Assembly: GCA_963702435.1 (NCBI GenBank)
Contig: CAVPCR010000005.1
Location: 32,001 to 96,000 of the forward strand
From: Candidatus Eiseniibacteriota bacterium
GTDB lineage: Bacteria; Eisenbacteria; RBG-16-71-46; CAVPCR01
Direction: 5' to 3'
DNA length: 64,000 nucleotides
Shown here piece after piece: positions 29,845 through 39,053 of this stretch (positions within the stretch are counted from its first letter, which is position 1; every line of letters starts with the position of its first letter). The notes under the pieces are model-generated. The model was not told where the DNA came from and made no database searches. It saw only the letters and a list, made by a program, of their open reading frames with translations. A program made the position numbers and the translations under genes.

Positions 29845-31415
29845 CGGACCGTTACTCCTCCATCGATCGCCTCGATGTTCAAGGCCCTCGTGTAGGTCAC
29901 GGGCGTGACCTCGTCGTAGTTCCCCGGCTTGATGACGACCCAGTTCCCCGGCTGGGCATGCGTGACGCCTTCGCTCACCGTGTTGTACGGCAAGCGATAG
30001 CTGCCGACCTCGGTGCCTCCGTTCGCACCGACGAAGATCCCCCCGCTCGCCCAGCGCGCGCAGGCGTACGCGTTCAGGCGTCCCCAGCCGGTGTCCGGAT
30101 CCCAGTAGGGAGAGCCGAGGTCGTCGCAGCTCTCGAGCAGCATCGAGCGCACTTGCGTGTTGACGAGCCCGTTGTTGATGGAGAACATGAGAGCCGCCAC
30201 CCCGGCCACGAACGGACAGGCGGCGGACGTGCCGTTGAAGTTCGGCATGTAGTCCCCGGCCGTGAAGCCGGCGGCGCCGCGGATGTCCGTCGTGTGGATC
30301 AACACGCCCGGAGCGAGAACATCCAGGTCGAGGCCGTAGTTCGATCCCCACGACGTCTCCCCGTCACAGCTCGTCGGGCTCTTGCGCTCGTTGCACGGCG
30401 ACAGCGCGCCGACGCCGATGACGTTCGCATAGCGTGCCGGATAGCCGGACGTGCTCGAGTTGGCGTTGCCGGTCGCGGCCAGGAGCAGGCTACCGAGCCC
30501 GTGGGCGTAGTTGACCGCGGTCTCCAGCGCGGTGCTCGCCGACATGGTGAGACTCATCGAGATCACCTGACATCCGAAGTCGCCTGCGAACGCGATCCCG
30601 AGCGCCAGGTTGGCCGTCGTGCCCGTGTTGTCCGCGGCAAGAACCTTGACCGGAAGGATGCGGACGCCCCAGGCCACGCCGGCGATTCCTTGGCCGTTGT
30701 TGCCGGCAGCGGCCGCGATTCCCGCGCAGGAGGTGCCGTGTCCATGGTCGTCGGCTGGATTGCTGTCGTTGTTGACGAAGTCCCAGCCGCTCTGGACCCG
30801 GCCTGCGAACTCCGGGTGGCCGGCGTCGATGCCGCTGTCGAGAACCGCCAGCACAACGCTGAAGGAGCCGGTCGAGACATCCCACGCCTGGTTCAGATCG
30901 AGGTCGCAATCCGCCGTCCCCACCGAGTCTCCAGGCGCCCGGATCGCCTGGCCGCGGTTGCGGGCGGCCCACTGCAGGGGGTAGGTCGGATCGCTCGGGA
31001 CGAGCGCTCCGCGCACGACGCCATTGGGCTCCGCCCACTCGATGTCCGGGAGCGCGGCCAGCCGGGCGGCCGCTTGCGGCGGTGTCTCGGCACCCGCGTA
31101 CCGCACGTGGAAGATGCGATCCATACCCAGCGCCTGCTTCGCCGACGTATTCTCGCTCAGATTGAATGCGTTGCTGATCTCGGCGGACGCGAGTTGCTCG
31201 AGCACCCCATCCACGGCGGCGAGGCCGGTGCGACCGGCGGCCGCCAGCGCGGGCCGGTAGGCGCTCGACGCAAACGCGTCCGCGCGCAGCTGGAGGAGGA
31301 CTTCACCCGCGATCCACTCGGCGTCCGCGGCAATGGACTGAGCCTGGAGAGGCGTCGCCACGAGGGTCGCGATCATGGCCAGGAGGGAGGCACCAATCGA
31401 CGGTTTGTGATGCAT
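29841..31415 (-). CDS. Secreted S8 subtilase with a short C-terminal beta-helix-cap-like (DUF1565-like) domain
   Basis: Catalytic triad in LDSG, HGHGT and GTSAACP, oxyanion AATGN. C-terminal GSYRLPYNTVSEGV...VVIKPGNY. Confidence 0.9.
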   Translation of the reverse strand: MHHKPSIGASLLAMIATLVATPLQAQSIAADAEWIAGEVLLQLRADAFASSAYRPALAAAGRTGLAAVDGVLEQLASAEISNAFNLSENTSAKQALGMDRIFHVRYAGAETPPQAAARLAALPDIEWAEPNGVVRGALVPSDPTYPLQWAARNRGQAIRAPGDSVGTADCDLDLNQAWDVSTGSFSVVLAVLDSGIDAGHPEFAGRVQSGWDFVNNDSNPADDHGHGTSCAGIAAAAGNNGQGIAGVAWGVRILPVKVLAADNTGTTANLALGIAFAGDFGCQVISMSLTMSASTALETAVNYAHGLGSLLLAATGNANSSTSGYPARYANVIGVGALSPCNERKSPTSCDGETSWGSNYGLDLDVLAPGVLIHTTDIRGAAGFTAGDYMPNFNGTSAACPFVAGVAALMFSINNGLVNTQVRSMLLESCDDLGSPYWDPDTGWGRLNAYACARWASGGIFVGANGGTEVGSYRLPYNTVSEGVTHAQPGNWVVIKPGNYDEVTPVTYTRALNIEAIDGGVTVR

Positions 31416-31428
31416 TTCCGCCTACTCC

Positions 31429-32745
31429 CTATTGCAGATTGACGAGGACGAGCACGAGTCCCGTGCCGCTCTCGAGCGCGGTCATGGACTTCCCGAGCAC
31501 GGCGCCGTGGGAACGGCTGGCATCGCTCGCGCGCATGGCGTGGCCCGCGGTCGCGGCCGTGGTGAGCAGGTCGCCCGGCCGCACGGGGCCGTTCTCGTCG
31601 GAGCAACGCACGTAGACTCGACCGGACATCGCGACCGGCGTCTCGCCGTCCAGCACGCCTTCCTGCCCCAGGCGCAGGCCGGGCGAGATCCCGCCGGCAC
31701 CCGAGACGATACCGGCAACCCGACGGTCATAGGCATCCGTCGAGACGCGCAGCCCGCCCGGATGGCGCTCATCGATCACGACCACGGTCCCCGGCTCGAT
31801 CGCGTCATCGCCGGTCTCGAACCCTTCCACGATGTCGGCGCCGCCGCGGAGCTCGAGCGTTCCCAGGGAGGACTTGCCATCGACGACCAGAGAGAAGCCC
31901 CCAGCCGTGTTCCTGAAGTACCCACCCCATCCGTTGGCGCTGGTGGCAAGCCCGAGCACTCCGGCGCTGGTGCCGGCCGTCTCTCCTTGCACGCCGACGC
32001 TGCTCACGCTCTTGCCGTACACGCCGAGCGAGGACTGGGACTCGCCATAGACGCCGACCCAGTTGCCCGTGTGCACGCCGACGATCGCCGCCTCGGCGCT
32101 CGAGGTGGCGGAGAGCTTCCCGGCCGGAGCCGTGGTCCCCACGCCCACCCTGCCGCCGGGCGAGTTGAGGATCAAGTTCTTTGGGGTCAGGGTGTCGTAG
32201 TCGTATGCGAAGACAAAGCCCATGGCGGCAGAGCCTTCGATGAACACGCCCTTGCCGCTGGCGAACGGGCTGGAGCCGCCCGTGATCCCCACGCCACCGC
32301 CGGAATAGGTGAGATCGTGTCCGTCCGCCCCCGTGGCCCACTGGCTGGCACCACCGTTCTGTGAAAACAGAGCGTGCGGGCTCGGCGTCAGGGCCTGGCG
32401 CGGAGACAGGGTGGTGTATGTCGGTTCCCCGCCGCACTTGACCGCGATCTCGAGCCAGCGCGCCTCGCCAGCGAACGCACCCGCGCCGAAGTCGAGCTGC
32501 GTCGTGAAGGTGCCGTCGGTGATGGCGAGCCCGGACACGGTGAGGACGGTGCCGATCCGGGTGCCGCCGGTGACGGCGTCCCAGAGACCGAACTGGAACG
32601 AGCACGTGTCGTTCGCCGGCACTCCCAGCTGATCGAGGCGCCCCTGGTAGGTGAATGCGGTCCCCAGCGGGGCGGCCGGCGACGCGAGCGGCTGCAAGAG
32701 GCTGACCACGGCCAGCGCGGCCATGATCACAAATCGTATCTTCAT
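31429..32745 (-). CDS. Secreted fibre-like protein A3 (FTYQG domain, GVxG repeats, Peptidase_G2-like autocleaving chaperone domain)
   Basis: PLGTAFTYQGRL...LSPRQALTPSPHAL and repeated GVYG/GVQG/GVLG. C-terminal GGADIVEGF...PGTVVVID...VAGIVS...PVAMSGRVYV....NGPVRPGDLLTT...GHAM...VLGK. Confidence 0.72.
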   Translation of the reverse strand: MKIRFVIMAALAVVSLLQPLASPAAPLGTAFTYQGRLDQLGVPANDTCSFQFGLWDAVTGGTRIGTVLTVSGLAITDGTFTTQLDFGAGAFAGEARWLEIAVKCGGEPTYTTLSPRQALTPSPHALFSQNGGASQWATGADGHDLTYSGGGVGITGGSSPFASGKGVFIEGSAAMGFVFAYDYDTLTPKNLILNSPGGRVGVGTTAPAGKLSATSSAEAAIVGVHTGNWVGVYGESQSSLGVYGKSVSSVGVQGETAGTSAGVLGLATSANGWGGYFRNTAGGFSLVVDGKSSLGTLELRGGADIVEGFETGDDAIEPGTVVVIDERHPGGLRVSTDAYDRRVAGIVSGAGGISPGLRLGQEGVLDGETPVAMSGRVYVRCSDENGPVRPGDLLTTAATAGHAMRASDASRSHGAVLGKSMTALESGTGLVLVLVNLQ

Positions 32746-32914
32746 GAAGAATCTCCCTGTTTCCAAGCGGGCCCACCGGGCAGGGGACCCGAGAGAGCGG
32801 GTCCCTGACAGTTGCTACAACCGTTCCGCCGGGGGGGCGTAACAGGGAAAGTGGCGGGTGGGCGTGAATCGTGGGGGACGACACCGGAACGGCGAGGGCA
32901 CCCGGACCCAGGGC

Positions 32915-35900
32915 TCAGCCGGCCGCCCCGCCAGAACGGGGCAGACTGTCAAGGTTCGCGCGGGCGATTGCTTCCGTGCGCCGGTCTCCCACCTCCCGGT
33001 GAATGGCCAGCGCCGCCTCGTGATGGGCACGGGCTTCTTCCACGCTGCCCTGCTGGGCAAGCAACATCCCGAGGTTGCCGAGCACGATGCCCTCGTGGCG
33101 CCGATTGCCCACCTCGCGATCGATGGCCAGCGCCGCCTCGAAGTGGGTGCGCGCCTCGTCCATCCGCCCCTCCTCGGCGTGGACGATGCCGAGGTTGCCG
33201 AGGAAGAGGCCGGCGCTCCGCCGGTTGCCCACCTCCCGGTGAATGGCCAGCGCCGCCTCGTAAAGAGTGCGCGCCTCGTCCCGTCGCCCCTGCATCATGC
33301 GAATGATCCCCAGGTTGCCGAGGATATCGCCCTCGTGGCGCCGGTTGCCCACCTCACGATCGATGGCGAGGGCTGCGTCGTAGCGGGCCAGCGCCTCATC
33401 CATTCGTTCTCGCTCGTAGCTCAAGACACCCAGGTAACCGAGCGTGGACCCCTCGCGGCGCCTGTTCCCAGTTTCGCGGTGGATGAGGAGGGCCGCCTCC
33501 GCCTGGGACTGGGCCTCGGCAAGACGACCCTGCTCGCGGTCCAGGACGGTGAGTCCGTCGAGGATGACGCCTTCCGAGCGGCGATCGTCCCGTTCCCGGG
33601 CCAGGGCTAGCGCCATGCCATAGTGAGCCCGTGACGCCTCGAGCCGCCCGGAGTAGCTCTCCGCCTGCGCGAGGGTGAGGAGGACCGCCGCGCGATCGGC
33701 GTCGCTCTGCGGAACAGCCAGGAGCTCCTGTCCGACTTCGATGGCAGGTGCGAAAGGTCCACGCAACCCGAGCACCTCCCAGGTCGCGCGATAGGTCGCC
33801 GATGCCGTCGTTCCATCCCCTCGCGCCGCCGCCCGCCGACATGCCGCGCGCAGGTTCTCGATCTCCCGTCCAAGCTTCCGGCGCCGCTCGACACCCTCGC
33901 GCCCATAGAGAGCCTCGATCTCCTCGTCGGTCCCGTAGCGCGCATACCACCGGCCGTGACGCTCCTCGGCCGCGAGCGCCGCGGCCGCGCCGCTCCCTCC
34001 ATCCGGGATCGCACCCTCCTCCGCGAGCTTCTCGCGCGCGTACTCCTGCAGACTCACGAGCATCCCGAAGCACACCTCGTGCTGTCCCGCGCCCGCTTCC
34101 CGCTCCAGGGTCCACGTCCTGAGTAGGCTCTTGTCGACGAGCGACTGCACCACGTCGACGAACCAGGGCGCCTCGTCCCACGTACCCGAATCCAGCACGC
34201 CCTCCGCGGCCTCGAGCGTGAAGCCGCCTTCGAACACGGCGCACTGCGCCCACGCCGCCTTCTCCCAGGGCGAGAGAAGCTCCCACGAGTCATCGATCGC
34301 GGCCCGGAGGGTCGAGTGCCGCCCGCCTCCCGGTCCGCCCAGCACCCGGAATCGATCCCGCATCCGGCCGACCATCTGCCCCGCCGTCATCACCCGCATG
34401 CGCGCGGCCGCGAGCTCGATCGCAAGCGGCATCCCCTCCACGAGCCCCACCACGTCCCGCACGGCATCGGCTTCCGGACCCTCGGGCTCGAATCCCGGAT
34501 TCTGTCGTCGCGCCCGCTCGACGAACAGCTCCATCCCGGGCTCGATCGAGAGCGGCTCCACCCTTTGCACGTCTTCGCCGTCGAGATTCAGCCGCTCCCG
34601 GCTCGTCACGATGAACCGCGCCTCGGCCGCGCGCGTGATCCATCGCGCCACGGTCTCTTCCGCTCGCGCCACGATCTGCTCGAAGTTGTCAAGGATGAAG
34701 AGACTCCGCCCGCGGGCGGCGATGGCGTGACCGAGCTGCTCCACCGGGTCTCCCATGCCGAGCGGCACGCCGAGCGACTCCGCCACCGCCAGGGCGATGC
34801 CCGCGAGGCTCCTCGCCTCCGTCAGATCGCAGAACCACACTCCTCCCGGCCATTCCTCGAGATTCTGCCAGCCGTGATGCACGACGAGCCGCGTCTTTCC
34901 CATTCCACCCGCACCCGTCACGGTCACCAGGCGCTCACCCCGGTCGAGCCGGTCCCCGAGCTCTCCGAGCTCCTTCTCCCGTCCCACGAAGGCGTCCATC
35001 TCCCCCGGCAACCGGTGCGGTACGCCGATGGCGGCTCGCGCGTGCGCGGTGGTTGACCCGACGCACTGAACCAGTGCCGGCACGACGTCCTCGGCCGTCA
35101 CGAATCGATCGGCGGGATCGGGAGCCAGCGCGCGATCGAGCACGCGGGCGAAGGCGATGGGGAGGCTCGGGACGAGGTCCCGCGCTCGCCGTGCTTCGCC
35201 CCGCTCGTGCTTCGCGAGGAGCTCGGAGAAGCTCGACGCCTCCACCGGCAGATGGCCGGTGACGAGCGCGAAGAGCACGACGCCGAGCGAGTAGAGGTCG
35301 GAACGGGTGCCCTCCCGGCCTCCCTTGAGCACCTCCGGCGCCATGAAGAGAGGGGTTCCGGAACGCGTGCGGGATCGCTTCCTGCGACCGCCGGGTTCCG
35401 CCTCGCGTCCGAGCCCGAAGTCCGTGAGCACGATTCGCCCGCCCGCCACCCGCATCACGTTCGAGAGCTTCACGTCCCGGTGCGCAATTCCCGCGGCGTG
35501 CACCGCCGCGAGTGCCCGGGAAATGTCGATGCCGATGAGCGCGGCGGCGCGCGGATCGAGGGCGCCGCGCTCCTTGCTGATCCGATCGAGCGTCTCCCCG
35601 CTCAGGTACTCCATCCAGATTCCGACCCGCCCGTCGATCCGATCGGCTCCATACACCGTCACCACGTTCGGATGGTTGATCCGCGCGAGCAGGCGCGCCT
35701 CCCGCACCGCCTCGCCCTCCACCAGCGGATCGGGGGAGTCGCGCACGAGCATCTTCAGGGCGACCTCGCGGTCGAGCCGCACATCGCGGGCGCGATAGAC
35801 ATCCCCGAAGGCGCCGCGCCCGATGCGTTCGATGATCTCGAGCTGGCCCCAGCGGGAGCCGGGAGCCAGCTCTTGCGGCGGCGCTCCGCGCTCGGCGACG

Positions 35901-36115
35901 CTTCCTGCCGACCGGAGGCTGGCTGATAGATCCTCGCCCACCTCATCGGACTGGATGATGTGGTGAAGGGCCGCCATCGCCGCCACGTTCTGGAGCTGCT
36001 GCAGGGCCCTGCGCTCCTCTTCCGTGCTCGCAGCGTGCTCCTCGGCATCCCAGTTGATGGGATGGTCGCGGGCCAGGCGGGCGGCCAGACGGCGCAATCG
36101 ATCGTGTTCAGGCAT
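32915..36115 (-). CDS. Ser/Thr kinase + STAND-like P-loop NTPase + TPR repeats (cytoplasmic)
   Basis: Kinase motifs GRGAFG, VALK, HRDVK, DFG and MAPE. Walker A GAGGMGKT, Walker B ILDNFE, GMPLAIELAAAR, and 40-aa TPR repeats. Confidence 0.9.
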   Translation of the reverse strand: MPEHDRLRRLAARLARDHPINWDAEEHAASTEEERRALQQLQNVAAMAALHHIIQSDEVGEDLSASLRSAGSVAERGAPPQELAPGSRWGQLEIIERIGRGAFGDVYRARDVRLDREVALKMLVRDSPDPLVEGEAVREARLLARINHPNVVTVYGADRIDGRVGIWMEYLSGETLDRISKERGALDPRAAALIGIDISRALAAVHAAGIAHRDVKLSNVMRVAGGRIVLTDFGLGREAEPGGRRKRSRTRSGTPLFMAPEVLKGGREGTRSDLYSLGVVLFALVTGHLPVEASSFSELLAKHERGEARRARDLVPSLPIAFARVLDRALAPDPADRFVTAEDVVPALVQCVGSTTAHARAAIGVPHRLPGEMDAFVGREKELGELGDRLDRGERLVTVTGAGGMGKTRLVVHHGWQNLEEWPGGVWFCDLTEARSLAGIALAVAESLGVPLGMGDPVEQLGHAIAARGRSLFILDNFEQIVARAEETVARWITRAAEARFIVTSRERLNLDGEDVQRVEPLSIEPGMELFVERARRQNPGFEPEGPEADAVRDVVGLVEGMPLAIELAAARMRVMTAGQMVGRMRDRFRVLGGPGGGRHSTLRAAIDDSWELLSPWEKAAWAQCAVFEGGFTLEAAEGVLDSGTWDEAPWFVDVVQSLVDKSLLRTWTLEREAGAGQHEVCFGMLVSLQEYAREKLAEEGAIPDGGSGAAAALAAEERHGRWYARYGTDEEIEALYGREGVERRRKLGREIENLRAACRRAAARGDGTTASATYRATWEVLGLRGPFAPAIEVGQELLAVPQSDADRAAVLLTLAQAESYSGRLEASRAHYGMALALARERDDRRSEGVILDGLTVLDREQGRLAEAQSQAEAALLIHRETGNRRREGSTLGYLGVLSYERERMDEALARYDAALAIDREVGNRRHEGDILGNLGIIRMMQGRRDEARTLYEAALAIHREVGNRRSAGLFLGNLGIVHAEEGRMDEARTHFEAALAIDREVGNRRHEGIVLGNLGMLLAQQGSVEEARAHHEAALAIHREVGDRRTEAIARANLDSLPRSGGAAG
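32960..33560 (-). repeat. 120-bp-period repeats encoding 40-aa TPR units
   Basis: EAALAI[HD]REVGNRR.EG..LGNLG recurs, with nucleotide matches at 33001, 33121 and 33241. Confidence 0.85.
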
Positions 36116-36731
36116 CGACGGCCTGGCGTGACATCTCGTGGGCGAGGCGGTAGAGGGCGCGCGAGACCGCCATCCGTGCGGCAGTGATCGTCGGCTTGCC
36201 GAGGCCGCGCGCGATCTCCGGGTAGGGCAGATCGAGCTCGATCTTCAGATGGATGGCTTCGCGATCGTTCGGGCGGAGGCGGCTAAGGGCGTGCTCGTAG
36301 CGATCGAGCGCTTCCCGGCCGATCACCTGCTCGATGGGAGAAGGCCCGGTCCCGGCGATGCCGCTGTCCAGAACGACCTGCTCTCCGCGCTGGCTGGCGC
36401 GCTTCGCCAGCGATCGGATCCGGTTCAGGATGGCGGCGCGGAAGTAGGCCTGCAGAGCGCCGTCGTGCTGGGGCGAGAAGTCCTTGAGGCGGCCCAGGGC
36501 CGCCAGCATCGTGTCCTGCACGAGATCGCCGGTATCGCGGAGGTCGCGGGCCCCGGCCGGGAGCCGGCCCCGGGCCCATCGCTCGAGGCGCGGCCAGTAG
36601 CGCCGGATCAGCTCCTCCTGCGCCGCGGCCTCCCCTTGTTGCATCCGCTCGAGGAGGACCAGGGTTGGCATGCTCGCGCCAAGCTCCTGCCGGCTGGCAG
36701 GTGGACTCCGGTCGATCGCTTCATCGTTCAT
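36108..36731 (-). CDS. ECF sigma factor, kinase-associated type
   Basis: Sigma2 (AAQEELIRRYWPRL...DLVQDT...AILNRIR) and sigma4 (ALSRL...DREAI...YPEIA...VSRALYRL). Overlaps the kinase start. Confidence 0.88.
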   Translation of the reverse strand: MNDEAIDRSPPASRQELGASMPTLVLLERMQQGEAAAQEELIRRYWPRLERWARGRLPAGARDLRDTGDLVQDTMLAALGRLKDFSPQHDGALQAYFRAAILNRIRSLAKRASQRGEQVVLDSGIAGTGPSPIEQVIGREALDRYEHALSRLRPNDREAIHLKIELDLPYPEIARGLGKPTITAARMAVSRALYRLAHEMSRQAVDA

Positions 36732-37031
36732 CAGGAGTACGGGAGCCGCCTCCGACGGCACGAACCTACTGCCTGGCCAACTCCATGCAGCGGTTCACCC
36801 GCGAGGGTGGTCGACACGGGATGCGAGCATGGCCACGCCGAGTGACAAGAACGGGCAGGCCCCGGGTCACCAGGGACGATGCGCCGTAGCCTCCAGAAGA
36901 CCGGGATTGCAGGACCTGCGAGACCCCCCGCGGGGGCCTGCGGGGCAAGATCGAGCGTGAAACGAGACCGATAGAGGCTAAACGCAGTGGCGAGCAACGT
37001 CAACAACAATTGATGGTATCACTGCACGTGC

Positions 37032-37140
37032 TCACAGGTCCGGGTCACCAGGCTCTGAGGAACGGGGAGCCGGGAGCTCGAAGGCGATCTCGGTGTTCGC
37101 GCTGAACGGGTTCGGCGCGCCCGGGCCGAGCGCGGCGCTG
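37032..37140 (-). pseudogene. Truncated FlgD-Ig CTD fragment
   Basis: AALGPGAPNPFSANTEIAFELPAP, then degenerates to a stop. No start of its own. Confidence 0.55.
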
Positions 37141-37153
37141 CGTTCACTGAAGT

Positions 37154-38896
37154 TCAGTCGAGCATCACGACGCGCCGGACCGCCGTCTCCGTCCCCGTTT
37201 CGATGCGCACGAAGTAGATGCCCGCGGGTACGCGTTCGCGCGCGGCACCGTCGCGGCCGTCCCAGCGGAGAACGCTCCGCCCCGCGGGGAGTGCCCGGTC
37301 CGTAGCAAGCGTCCCGGCGAGGCGGCCGCTGACATCGTAGACGCGCGCGGTGACGGCGCGGGCCGCGGGAAGATCGAGACGCAGGAGGACGGCGCCGGCG
37401 CTCGGATTCGGCTCGGGCCCCGACACGCGGAAGGAGATCGCCTCCGGCGCCGCGGGCGCATCGGGATCCGCCACGGACACCACCTCGCCCGCACCGCTCA
37501 CGCGCTGCGCGTAGATGTCCGCCGACGCCCCGCGACGGTCGGTCCAGGCGACGATCGCGCCGCCGGTCGAATCGGGAACCGCGACGATCTCGCTCTGCTG
37601 GCCGCTCGCAAGACAGATCGAGACACCTCCCGGGTTCCACTGCGCGGCCCCGTTCGCATCCATCTTCTGCGTGAAGACGTCCCCGTTCGAGCTCACGCGG
37701 GAGTCAGCCCAGGCGAGGACCGCCGACCCGGACCCGCCGTTGACGAGAGTGGGGCCGAAACCTCTCCCCTCGTTGCTCGCGGGCACCCCGTCGGGCGCCC
37801 AGAGCCGGGCGCCGCCGGGATCCATACGCTGCATATAGACCCTCGAATTGAAGAAGTCGCGCGTGTCGCGCCATGCGACGAGGACGCCACCGGCCTCGTC
37901 GGAGATCACGACCGGACCGAGCTGGTTGCCGGCGAAGTCGCAGACCGGGACGCCATCGGGCGCCCAGACGACGGCGTTGTTCGCAACCTTCTGCGCGTAG
38001 AGGTCATAGGTCCGGGACTGGCCTCGCCCGTCCTCCCAGACGATGACGGCGCTCGCCGATCCGGTGAAGAGAATGCGCGGCGCCCGTTGCTCGACGAGTC
38101 CTGTGGCAACAAAGACGCCGTTCGTGATCCACTGCTCCTGTCCCGCCGCATTCAAGCGCTGAGCGTGGATGTCGCCGTCTCCGGTCCTCTCATCCCGCCA
38201 GGCGAGGATGGCCCCGCGCGGTTGGGCGAGCGTTGTGCCGACTCCATCGGTGACCATGGCGACGTCTTCCTGGATCCCGGTGAGGACGCAGACGCCGACG
38301 CCGCCGGCCTGCCAGCGCAGGTTTCCCGCCGAGTCGATCGCCTGCGCGTAGATGTCGGTGTCGGTACCGAGGCGACCATCGGTCCAGGCGATGATGGCGC
38401 CCGGCGCCTGCACGAGCGGCTGCCGGAAGTCGGAGATGATCGCGAGATCGTCCTGCACGCCCGCTGCCGCGCAGACCGCGACCCCGTCGGATACCCACTG
38501 CCGCGCGCCGCTCGCATCGAGGCGCTGGGCGCAGACATCGAAGTTGCTGGCGTCGATCTCCTGGACCCAGGCGATGATCACGCCGCCCACCGCGTCGCCG
38601 ACGGCGACCGGCTTCCGCTGATTCCCGGGCCTGGTCGCCACCTGGATGCCCCCCGCCGCCCACAGCGGGAGGCCGGAGCCGTTCAGTCGCTGCGCATAGA
38701 TGCGGGATGGCGTCGTGCGCCCGTCCTCCCAGACAACGAAGGCGCCGCCACCGGAGCGCACGAGAAACGGCGCCGTCTGGTCACCGGCGGCCGCACAGAC
38801 TGGGACTCCGTCGCGCAGCCAGTCGGCACGGGCAGGCGCGGCGGCGAGGATCATGAGCACGAACGCCGGAAGGACAAGGCCGGTAAGGCGATGCAT
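37154..38896 (-). CDS. Secreted repeat (beta-propeller-like) protein with a FlgD-Ig CTD
   Basis: Signal peptide, about seven repeats of I.AW.D.R...DIYAQR....G...W...GV.VC...G.Q, then a PNPSAG CTD. Confidence 0.8.
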   Translation of the reverse strand: MHRLTGLVLPAFVLMILAAAPARADWLRDGVPVCAAAGDQTAPFLVRSGGGAFVVWEDGRTTPSRIYAQRLNGSGLPLWAAGGIQVATRPGNQRKPVAVGDAVGGVIIAWVQEIDASNFDVCAQRLDASGARQWVSDGVAVCAAAGVQDDLAIISDFRQPLVQAPGAIIAWTDGRLGTDTDIYAQAIDSAGNLRWQAGGVGVCVLTGIQEDVAMVTDGVGTTLAQPRGAILAWRDERTGDGDIHAQRLNAAGQEQWITNGVFVATGLVEQRAPRILFTGSASAVIVWEDGRGQSRTYDLYAQKVANNAVVWAPDGVPVCDFAGNQLGPVVISDEAGGVLVAWRDTRDFFNSRVYMQRMDPGGARLWAPDGVPASNEGRGFGPTLVNGGSGSAVLAWADSRVSSNGDVFTQKMDANGAAQWNPGGVSICLASGQQSEIVAVPDSTGGAIVAWTDRRGASADIYAQRVSGAGEVVSVADPDAPAAPEAISFRVSGPEPNPSAGAVLLRLDLPAARAVTARVYDVSGRLAGTLATDRALPAGRSVLRWDGRDGAARERVPAGIYFVRIETGTETAVRRVVMLD

Positions 38897-39053
38897 GCGA
38901 GGGTCTCCTGGAGGTGGCAAGCGACGCCGGATCACCGAGGGCCATGAGTCTATACGTCCGGACCCGCCCCACCGAACGGGACTCCGCACCTGGATCGCCG
39001 GTCTGGCCGTCCGGAGTGGTGCGCCCCCGCCGGCGGCTGCGGAGAACCCGTTT

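Noticed and set aside
26404..32745. Prophage tail region
   Set aside because: The fibre-like proteins have Sec signal peptides, and there are no capsid, terminase, baseplate or integrase genes.
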